Below the pieces are notes generated by a model. It saw only the letters and a program-made list of their open reading frames with translations. It made no database searches and had not been told where the DNA came from. The position numbers and the translations under genes were made by a program. Below, in pieces: positions 9,321 to 16,443 of a DNA stretch of 32,000 nucleotides (position 1 is the stretch's first letter; each line of letters opens with the position of its first letter). This DNA comes from Oleispira antarctica RB-8 (lineage in GTDB: Bacteria; Pseudomonadota; Gammaproteobacteria; Pseudomonadales; Oceanobacteraceae), in assembly GCA_000967895.1 (NCBI GenBank), contig FO203512.1:537582-569581 (forward strand), read 5' to 3'.

Positions 9321-10220
9321 TTGTCTTATTTAGCTAACTCACAAGGTGTGCTCGCTATATTGCGGCATGCCTTGGAACTTCCTCCGCTTCAATTCTCAGA
9401 TATAAAAATCTTTCGTCAGCATTTAGCCTCCGGTTTTCAACGTTATTCTACAGTACAGAATGCTTTTTATTTAGGCGCGCAAGCGGCAACTTCAGGCATG
9501 GCTTTCTTAGCGGGCTATCAGAATGCGATACGGTGTTTGGATGTGAATTGTCCCAGCGATGAATTGGCTGCATTTTGTGTATCTGAAAAAGGGGTTAAGA
9601 AACCCTGGGATATGGCGACCCGACTATCGGTATCTGATGACGGTTATCTACTCGATGGAAAAAAAGGCTATGTGATGCTTTTACCAGGCGAGTTAGATCG
9701 TATGTATGTGGTTGCAAAAAACGACAAAGATCAGCTTGGTTGTCTTTATGTGCTGGCTAATACAGCCGGTATTTCAACGACCGATGCTTTAGCGGCTCCT
9801 TTTGTAGAAGATATTCCTCATAGTGGAGTGTGTTTTGATAAGGTAAAAATCCCGGCTGATCAGGTATTCGATATAGATGGCCATCAACAAGCAAATAAGC
9901 CGTTTCGTTATTGGGAAGATGTGCACGTTGCGCTGTCTATGATGGGGTGGATGTCACGAGAACTGTTAGGGAGGCAGCAATCATTCGATGGATTGGATGA
10001 TATGGTACAACTCATCTGTCAGTTAATAGAACAGTATGAAGAGCACCCAGACTATTATTGTCTTGAGAGTCTTTTGTTATTAGATAAAAGCCATGAAATC
10101 ATGGATAACTACTCCCAAAACTTATCAGAAGAATCGAAAATTCTATGGCTGAAAGACAGGTTGTTATTACAGATGGGGCAGAAAATGCGCCACCTTGTGA
10201 GAGCTAAAATGGTTAATTAA
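9321..10220 (+). CDS. Hypothetical protein with degenerate acyl-CoA dehydrogenase-like middle and C-terminal regions
   Basis: TTG start 5 nt after the preceding stop. The segment ...FCVSEKG..WDMATRLSVSDDGYLLDGKKGYV resembles the ACAD beta-barrel motif (TEP..GSD...T.A...gd.y.lnG.K.wi). Key residues differ, so the assignment is weak. Confidence 0.45.
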   Translation: MSYLANSQGVLAILRHALELPPLQFSDIKIFRQHLASGFQRYSTVQNAFYLGAQAATSGMAFLAGYQNAIRCLDVNCPSDELAAFCVSEKGVKKPWDMATRLSVSDDGYLLDGKKGYVMLLPGELDRMYVVAKNDKDQLGCLYVLANTAGISTTDALAAPFVEDIPHSGVCFDKVKIPADQVFDIDGHQQANKPFRYWEDVHVALSMMGWMSRELLGRQQSFDGLDDMVQLICQLIEQYEEHPDYYCLESLLLLDKSHEIMDNYSQNLSEESKILWLKDRLLLQMGQKMRHLVRAKMVN

Positions 10221-10256
10221 CGCTAAAAAAACGTCTTGTAAAATCTTTGTAAATAT

Positions 10257-10688
10257 TCAGCGAGCAATAACATTTGTTATAACACTGGGTAATCTTAAGC
10301 CTGAGTTGTTAGTGGAGGGCGCACCTGTATTGATTGGTAGAATGCGATTCTCTGTTACACCTTCAGCATTAATTTCATATTGTTGCTGGTTAACAGAATC
10401 ATCCGCTACATTGCCGGGGCTTTCACCTTGGCTTTCAATACTTGTAATGCTCATCTCTTGATTTAAAAGTCTAGGGATATCAAGGCTTTGCGTCGTAGAT
10501 CGATTATAACGTTTAGCCGTGCTGTAGTCGTAGTGATGAGGATTTCTTTTGGCCTCATTAATCGCAGTGAAAATATCATTGTCATAATATTTATCATGAG
10601 GATTTATAGCCCAACTCAATGAAGGAGCGAGGGCTGTGATTATTACGGCTAATGCTTGGGTAACGGAAATCTTCATTAACTTCACCAT
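10257..10688 (-). CDS. Secreted hypothetical protein, tandem paralogue A
   Basis: Signal peptide (MKISVTQALAVIITALAPSLSWA). It shares a conserved N-terminal block with the upstream gene: DKYYDNDIFTAINEAKRNP...YNRSTTQSLDIPRLLNQEMS. Confidence 0.6.
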   Translation of the reverse strand: MVKLMKISVTQALAVIITALAPSLSWAINPHDKYYDNDIFTAINEAKRNPHHYDYSTAKRYNRSTTQSLDIPRLLNQEMSITSIESQGESPGNVADDSVNQQQYEINAEGVTENRILPINTGAPSTNNSGLRLPSVITNVIAR

Positions 10689-10692
10689 TAGA

Positions 10693-11232
10693 TCAAGGTT
10701 CTGGAGTTATATAGGCTCTTGAGCTGGCTTCTGAGCGAATATTTGTAGCGCTTCCAGAGAAGCTCTCGGTACGATACTCAACTTTATCCACCTTATAGAC
10801 CGCGGGTGAGAGCTCAGACGTTTCTGTAGAAGGCTGAATTGAAATGTCGAATCTATTGCTTTTAGTATCGGCTAAGAAGTCCAGTTCAGAGTCATCTTGT
10901 TTATTCGCAATAACATCTTCTGCATTCAGCTCCAAAGGCGATGTTCGCACAGGAGCAACGTCTCCAGGACCTGCGGCAGTAGCGTCGAGAGCGCCATCGA
11001 CAATTTCAGAAGACATTTCAGTATTCATTAATTTGGGGAAATCAAAGCTTTTTGATGTCGTTCGATTATACCAACGATTGCCCACGTAGGTTTCATTACT
11101 GGGGCTATTTTCAGCTTCTTTAACGGCTGCATCAATGTCATTCGAGTAATAAGGGTTGTCGCTTGATTGCGCGTTCGCAAGCATGACGCCACTAATTAAT
11201 AAGAATGAAGTGATAAAGAGTGGGGTTTTCAT
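10693..11232 (-). CDS. Secreted hypothetical protein, tandem paralogue B
   Basis: I place the start at ATG 11232, where GGGAG lies 8 nt upstream and the signal peptide MKTPLFITSFLLISGVMLANA follows. The ORF-track start at 11394 would overlap the divergent gene. Shared block: NPYYSNDIDAAVKEAENSP...YNRTTSKSFDFPKLMNTEMS. Confidence 0.6.
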   Translation of the reverse strand: MKTPLFITSFLLISGVMLANAQSSDNPYYSNDIDAAVKEAENSPSNETYVGNRWYNRTTSKSFDFPKLMNTEMSSEIVDGALDATAAGPGDVAPVRTSPLELNAEDVIANKQDDSELDFLADTKSNRFDISIQPSTETSELSPAVYKVDKVEYRTESFSGSATNIRSEASSRAYITPEP

Positions 11233-11246
11233 TTTCAAACTCCCTA

Positions 11247-11276
11247 TTTTTTGTTGTTTTTTGTTATTTTTTGTTA
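11247..11276. repeat. Three tandem 10-bp units TTTTTTGTT(G/A): helically phased T6/A6 tracts
   Basis: ttttttgttg (11247-56), ttttttgtta (11257-66), ttttttgtta (11267-76). They sit in the divergent intergenic region, immediately upstream of the RBS of the minus-strand gene. Confidence 0.8.
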
Positions 11277-11341
11277 TGCATGGCATCATACAAGTGACAA
11301 CAAAATGATGCAAATGATCCCTTTGTGGATAGGACATAATA

Positions 11342-12001
11342 ATGATAAAAATCGGATTATTGCTGTTATCGGTATTCATGTTACCGAGCTGCACAATTTA
11401 CCAGTCTATTGGTCATAGTTTCGGAAGTTTTGTTTCTACCCCTAATGGACAAGATTTTCAACCTGTCGGCTATCGCTGGGATTATGAACATACCGCTTTA
11501 GTTTATGTGTATCGCCCAGCGTCGACTTGGGCGAATGACGAACTAGAATCGCCGAGCTTTTATTTGAATGGCGAGCGCTTATTCAATATTAAAGGCAATG
11601 GCTATACTTGGTATGAATTAAAACCAGGGACTTATGAAATTAAAATTCGTCGACCTCTATTGGGGCTAGAAGGCATTGAAGTAACTAATGCCGTCGATTT
11701 CACTTTAAGAATGGTCACAGAATTAGACTTAAATGCGAAAGCCGGCAGCGTTTATTACCTTCGATATTCTGAAGTTGATAAAGATGCGGCTAAGTTTGAG
11801 AATATGACTTTCCATGAAAATCCTTTGCAGTTAGTTACGCCAGAAGTGGCATTGGCTGAGATTCAGCAAACAAAAATGTTGGATGAAGGGCGAGGCTTAA
11901 TAGCAGATATCCCCGAAGAGGAAGTAAAAATAGCCGCACCTGCAAAAGAGAAGCCTCAGCAAGAGGAAAGCCCAGGAACGAAAAGTTGGAATCCTTTCTA
12001 G
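11342..12001 (+). CDS. Lipoprotein, DUF2846-like
   Basis: Lipobox LLSVFMLPS-C-TIY. The core VYVYRPAS...FYLNGERLFNIKGNGYTWYELKPGTYEIKI fits the DUF2846 pattern as I remember it. The C-terminal tail is E/K/P-rich. Confidence 0.6.
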   Translation: MIKIGLLLLSVFMLPSCTIYQSIGHSFGSFVSTPNGQDFQPVGYRWDYEHTALVYVYRPASTWANDELESPSFYLNGERLFNIKGNGYTWYELKPGTYEIKIRRPLLGLEGIEVTNAVDFTLRMVTELDLNAKAGSVYYLRYSEVDKDAAKFENMTFHENPLQLVTPEVALAEIQQTKMLDEGRGLIADIPEEEVKIAAPAKEKPQQEESPGTKSWNPF

Positions 12002-12071
12002 CGTCACCGTAGGCAAACAAAGCAATAGCCTGACGCTCTGTTTGAATTGAGTTACAATAAGCTATAACTAG

Positions 12072-12101
12072 ATACCCGCCTCCCAGCGGGTATTATTTTT
12101 T
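12072..12101 (+). terminator. Rho-independent terminator
   Basis: Stem ATACCCGC (12072-79), loop CTCCCA, stem GCGGGTAT (12086-93), then TATTTTTT. Confidence 0.75.
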
Positions 12102-12147
12102 AGAAAGCTGGTTTTATAGCGCTAATAACTTGATGAGGACGTGACCC

Positions 12148-13674
12148 ATGGCAAATGCCGTCACCGTTGTTCGCCAAGATGATCTGATTGAGAGCATCGC
12201 GGACGCACTGCAATATATTTCGTATTACCACCCAAAAGACTTCATCGACGCGGTCCATGAAGCGTATCTAAGAGAAGAATCAAAAGCGGCCAAAGATGCC
12301 ATGGCTCAGATTCTAATCAACTCTCGCATGTGTGCTCAAGGCCACCGTCCAATTTGCCAAGATACCGGTATTGTTACCGTATTTTTAGAAATTGGTATGG
12401 ATGTGCGCTTCGAAGACGCCACGATGGGCATTGAAGATATCGCTAATGAAGGTGTGCGTCGCGCTTATACTCACCCTGATAACGTATTACGTGCTTCTGT
12501 TCTGGCCGATCCTGATGGTGCCCGCAGAAATACCAAAGATAATACGCCAGCGGTTATCCACGTTAAATTAGTTCCTGGTAATACGGTAGACGTTCATGTT
12601 GCAGCCAAAGGCGGCGGCTCTGAAGCTAAGTCTAAATTTGCGATGTTGAATCCATCTGACTCTGTTGTTGATTGGGTGCTTGAGCAAATTCCAAAAATGG
12701 GCGCAGGCTGGTGTCCACCAGGCATGCTGGGTATAGGCATCGGTGGTACGGCAGAAAAAGCGATGATGATTGCTAAAGAAGCGTTATTAGAGCCTGTAAA
12801 TATTCAAGAGCTACAAGCTCGTGGCGCTCAAACACGCGCTGAAGAGATTCGTTTAGAATTGTTCGATAAAGTGAACAAGCTAGGCATTGGCGCACAAGGC
12901 CTTGGTGGTCTAACCACCGTTGTTGATATCAAGGTTGCTGATTTCCCAACCCACGCTGCCAACAAGCCTGTGGCAATCATTCCAAACTGTGCGGCAACCC
13001 GTCACGCGCACTTCGTTTTAGATGGCAGCGGCCCAGTGGCATTGCCTGCACCTAAGCTTGAAGATTGGCCTGAAATTACGTGGGAAATTGGTGAAGGCGT
13101 TCGTCGCGTTAACCTAAACGAAATCACCCCAGAAATGGTTAAAGACTGGCAGCCAGGCGAGACCGTATTATTGTCTGGCAAGATGCTTACTGGTCGTGAT
13201 GCTGCGCACAAACGTATGGTTGATATGATCAATAAAGGCGAAGAACTGCCGGTTGATCTGAAAGGTCGCTTCATCTATTACGTAGGCCCTGTTGATCCAG
13301 TGCGTGAAGAAGTGGTTGGTCCTGCTGGCCCAACGACGGCTACTCGTATGGATAAATTTACCCGTACAGTCTTAGAAGAAACTGGCTTGCTAGGCATGAT
13401 CGGTAAAGCGGAACGTGGTCCAATGGCGATAGAAGCCATTCGTGATAACGAAGCGGTTTATTTAATGGCTGTGGGTGGTGCTGCTTACTTAGTATCACAA
13501 GCGATTAAAGGCGCTGAAGTGGTTGGTTTTGCTGATTTGGGTATGGAAGCAATCTATGAATTTGACGTTGTTGATATGCCAGTAACGGTTGCGGTTGATT
13601 CTCGTGGTTCTTCAGTGCACATCACTGGACCGCAAGAATGGAAAGCTAAAATTGCAGCACGACAAATTGATTAA
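12148..13674 (+). CDS. fumA: Class I (Fe-S dependent) fumarate hydratase, single-chain ~500-aa type
   Basis: The N-terminal half carries ...RPICQDTGIVTVFLEIG...AAKGGGSEAKSKF, the Fe-S hydro-lyase alpha region. The C-terminal half carries the beta region (LLSGKMLTGRDAAHKRM...GKAERGP). Length is 508 aa. Confidence 0.92.
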   Translation: MANAVTVVRQDDLIESIADALQYISYYHPKDFIDAVHEAYLREESKAAKDAMAQILINSRMCAQGHRPICQDTGIVTVFLEIGMDVRFEDATMGIEDIANEGVRRAYTHPDNVLRASVLADPDGARRNTKDNTPAVIHVKLVPGNTVDVHVAAKGGGSEAKSKFAMLNPSDSVVDWVLEQIPKMGAGWCPPGMLGIGIGGTAEKAMMIAKEALLEPVNIQELQARGAQTRAEEIRLELFDKVNKLGIGAQGLGGLTTVVDIKVADFPTHAANKPVAIIPNCAATRHAHFVLDGSGPVALPAPKLEDWPEITWEIGEGVRRVNLNEITPEMVKDWQPGETVLLSGKMLTGRDAAHKRMVDMINKGEELPVDLKGRFIYYVGPVDPVREEVVGPAGPTTATRMDKFTRTVLEETGLLGMIGKAERGPMAIEAIRDNEAVYLMAVGGAAYLVSQAIKGAEVVGFADLGMEAIYEFDVVDMPVTVAVDSRGSSVHITGPQEWKAKIAARQID

Positions 13675-13693
13675 GCTTTAATCAATTTAAAAG

Positions 13694-13727
13694 GCCGAGC
13701 TTATGGCAACATAAGTTCGGCTTTTTT
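13694..13727 (+). terminator. Rho-independent terminator after the fumarase gene
   Basis: Stem GCCGAGCTTAT (13694-13704), loop GGCAAC, stem ATAAGTTCGGC (13711-13721, one mismatch), then T6. Confidence 0.75.
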
Positions 13728-13830
13728 ATGCCTGTTGATAAATGCATGTGAATAAATACTAAGTAGCCGCAAAGTGAAGAGTCGCTATACTGATCCTATG
13801 CGAACCATCAATCTCTATAAGGAATTAATC

Positions 13831-14130
13831 ATGAGTTGTGACGCGAAGAAATTGGATAACCTGACTAGCGAAGATATTCCTGAAGGCTGGAAAATTAAAG
13901 AGGTTACGGGTATTGGGCAACTGGTGAAGGAATTTAAATTTAAAAACTTTGTCACTGCCATGCACTTTAGTAATGAAATCGCTGAATTAGCAGAATTACA
14001 CAATCATCATCCTATGATTATTAGTGAGTGGGGCAAGGTTACACTCTATTGGTGGACTCATACTGCGAAAGGAGTCAGTGCTCTCGATATTAAACTCGCC
14101 CAACTTTCTGATGAATTAAGCACCTCCTAA
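13831..14130 (+). CDS. phhB: Pterin-4-alpha-carbinolamine dehydratase
   Basis: Start moved to ATG 13831, with AAGGA 7 nt upstream. The PCD signature is present: ...FKFKNFVTAMHFSNEIAELAELHNHHPMIISEWGKVTLYWWTH. Confidence 0.9.
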   Translation: MSCDAKKLDNLTSEDIPEGWKIKEVTGIGQLVKEFKFKNFVTAMHFSNEIAELAELHNHHPMIISEWGKVTLYWWTHTAKGVSALDIKLAQLSDELSTS

Positions 14131-14175
14131 CATAAGCTTATTAATTATAGGTTTAAGCTTAAATTAAATCTCAGC

Positions 14176-14523
14176 TCAATGGCTAATCCCAATGTAGTCG
14201 ACCAGCATTGAGCGTCCTTCACAGCCTAATGATTTAATACTCACTTTATGCTTAAAATTAAGCGCCGCGAGTACTAACTGAAACTTTCTCTTTGCTACTT
14301 CTTGATTGTCACTATAAGACCGATACCTGTTTGACAATTTCCCGCCGCACTTATGTGATTTTAGTGACGTAAAGAAATCAAAGCCAGCCTGAGTATCGTC
14401 CTCTATTTGGTATAAAGAAATAATCAATAAGTTATTTTTTACATTATTCTCTTCGGCAAAAGAGGTTTGAATACCCCCTAGAACGAATGAAAATAAAAAA
14501 GCTACCTGAATCAATGACTTCAT
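14176..14523 (-). CDS. Small secreted hypothetical protein (two Cys), divergent from the rotor-stator operon
   Basis: Start at ATG 14523, preceded by the strong RBS AAGGAGGG. Signal peptide MKSLIQVAFLFSFVLGGIQTSFA. The mature part is about 90 aa with 2 Cys. Confidence 0.55.
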   Translation of the reverse strand: MKSLIQVAFLFSFVLGGIQTSFAEENNVKNNLLIISLYQIEDDTQAGFDFFTSLKSHKCGGKLSNRYRSYSDNQEVAKRKFQLVLAALNFKHKVSIKSLGCEGRSMLVDYIGISH

Positions 14524-14632
14524 AAACCCTCCTTTAGATAAAAGTATAGCCAATTTTTTAAAACCATCATCAAACCTGAATATATGAACTATGCTGACAT
14601 TAGAAATCTGATAAAAACATCAGGGTTAAGGA

Positions 14633-15700
14633 ATGTTGATGGTCGTTAAAAATTTAAGAATATTATGCATCGGTTTATTAATGTCACTGAATTATGTTCA
14701 GGCGGCAGAACCTGATTTACCGCACATGGCTGAGCCAGCACCGACTCTCTATACAGGCTTTGGCCAATTATTAGATGACGATAAAACGCTGGTCTTAGAA
14801 GAATTAATGGACTTAGATCAAAATATTCAGCGTATCGCACTTTATCATAATGGCGATCGCTTGCACCGCTTAATCCCCAAGCAAGTGCACCAAATGATCG
14901 AGAATAAACTCATGCGTCGTTTAATTGCGAATGGCCGTTTTGATGTCATTCAGTGTCTCGAATGTCGAACGACTAAAGTAGTGATGGCTGTTGATGAGTT
15001 GAAAATATCACAAGCTGCTGAAAATAATCAGCAATTAAGAGCGCTATCAAAAAAAGTGCGTGCAGATGCCTTTATGTTCTGGAGTGCATCTGTACATGAA
15101 AATAAATTTACTATTAATTTGCGCTTAGTCGATGGTAAAAATAATGAGCTGCTATGGCTGAAAGAATATTCTAAAAAGACCACTCAAGAAGCGGAAGAAA
15201 ATGATTTTGATAGAGTTCAATATGAATTCATTGTCGGCGCTTGGGGGGTGAAAGGAAAACGTGAAAGTACCGTTGCCGCCGGGAGTACTGAACTAAAGGG
15301 AGCAACAGTTTTTGGTATACGTCGTAGAGAAAGCACAGAGTTAAATGAAGATATTGAATATACCTTAGGTTTTGAATACTTCACAAACTATTCGTCTGAA
15401 GAACTATTTGATCTCAGTGGTTATAATCTTGAAGGTCGAGTTATTGCAGATATTCCTGCCTTAGATGATGTGCTGGATACGAAAGTTTATCTTGGCATAG
15501 GGCAGTCATTTTTTAATGATGCAAACAGTCTGATCTTTCGTTTTGGCTTTGAATTTCCCTTCTTTAAAGACGGATTTATGGATTTTGGTGTGATGTATAT
15601 GCGAGAAGCCAATGTTAAGTGGAAGACCGATGCTGCGTTTGAAGAAATAGGCACTTTCGGTGGTGCAAGTTATGACTTAACACTCGGTGTGCGCTTCTAA
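14633..15700 (+). CDS. Putative outer-membrane protein: TolB-N/CsgG/FlgO-like N-domain plus C-terminal beta-barrel (operon gene 1)
   Basis: Signal peptide ...LLMSLNYVQA/AEP. The alternative start ATG 14639 sits 6 nt after AAGGA. The N-domain pattern LRALSKKVRADAFMFWSASVHENKFTINLRLVDGKNNELLWLKEY matches the ...A..lg..lgaD.vl.G.v......i..rLvd..tge.lW motif of TolB-N-like periplasmic domains. The C-terminal ~170 aa has alternating hydrophobic strands ending ...YDLTLGVRF (terminal Phe). Confidence 0.65.
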   Translation: MLMVVKNLRILCIGLLMSLNYVQAAEPDLPHMAEPAPTLYTGFGQLLDDDKTLVLEELMDLDQNIQRIALYHNGDRLHRLIPKQVHQMIENKLMRRLIANGRFDVIQCLECRTTKVVMAVDELKISQAAENNQQLRALSKKVRADAFMFWSASVHENKFTINLRLVDGKNNELLWLKEYSKKTTQEAEENDFDRVQYEFIVGAWGVKGKRESTVAAGSTELKGATVFGIRRRESTELNEDIEYTLGFEYFTNYSSEELFDLSGYNLEGRVIADIPALDDVLDTKVYLGIGQSFFNDANSLIFRFGFEFPFFKDGFMDFGVMYMREANVKWKTDAAFEEIGTFGGASYDLTLGVRF

Positions 15701-15709
15701 GGACGAATT

Positions 15710-16432
15710 ATGAAACAGTTAATAATTGCTTTATTGATAGTATTAATCAGTGCATGTACGCATGAAAGAACAAATAGAATGCTTACCCAGTATGGTGATA
15801 GTCAGCCTGATTTATTGGGAATTGGCGAACAGAGTACTGAAGCAACTGCTGAAATCTCGCTTGAGACCATAGAGAAGCGTAAGCAAGTTGCTGATTTAGC
15901 AAAAAAGAATCATGGTTTAATGCACATCCATCGCTACGGCCCTGGGTTTGATGTCTTAATGACATTAGATACGGGGGATAGCGATGTTAGTTTTAGTATG
16001 GCGCTGCCTTCAACACCGGGAAGTCTGCAAGACTCACTTCGAAGTGATTTACAAAAAAGTGCAGAAGAAATTGCTGAACAAAACAAACAAGTTCTTGAAA
16101 GCTTGGATGACGATAAAGCTGAACTTCATCATGAAGAATTAGATGAGCGCAGTGAATTAATTGAGCAAAAGAAAATTCAAGACTTTCAAGCTTCAACAAA
16201 ACACATCTTTAGTGCGCAGTCTTTATTTTATAAAAAGCAATATTGGCAATCATTGGATGAAACTAATAAAGCGCTAGAGCTAGTTCCAGACTCTGCTCAA
16301 GCGCATGCTTTGAAAGGCAGCATTTATTACAAAATGGGATTAAGTGCTGAAGCCAAAGCTAGTTGGCAGCAAGCGTTAGAAATAGATCCAACGATGGAAC
16401 AAGTCAAAACCAGTTTGACGCGCTTGAAGTAG
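15710..16432 (+). CDS. TPR-containing lipoprotein (operon gene 2)
   Basis: Lipobox LIVLISA-C-THE. An acidic, coiled middle region is followed by C-terminal TPR-like repeats (YWQSLDETNKALELVPDSAQAHALKGSIYYKMGLSAEAKASWQQALEIDP). It starts 9 nt after gene 1, with AAGGA overlapping the preceding stop. Confidence 0.7.
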   Translation: MKQLIIALLIVLISACTHERTNRMLTQYGDSQPDLLGIGEQSTEATAEISLETIEKRKQVADLAKKNHGLMHIHRYGPGFDVLMTLDTGDSDVSFSMALPSTPGSLQDSLRSDLQKSAEEIAEQNKQVLESLDDDKAELHHEELDERSELIEQKKIQDFQASTKHIFSAQSLFYKKQYWQSLDETNKALELVPDSAQAHALKGSIYYKMGLSAEAKASWQQALEIDPTMEQVKTSLTRLK

Positions 16433-16443
16433 GGGAACGGAAT

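Noticed and set aside
11233-11394. Upstream extension of paralogue B (ORF-track start 11394)
   Set aside because: It would overlap the divergent lipoprotein gene start and add 54 residues before a clear signal peptide. ATG 11232 has a GGGAG RBS.
16363-16443. Upstream extension of the FliF/FliG-like ORF (ORF-track start 16363)
   Set aside because: It would overlap the TPR lipoprotein gene by 70 nt and place 27 polar residues before the signal or TM segment. ATG 16444 has its own GGGGAACGG RBS.
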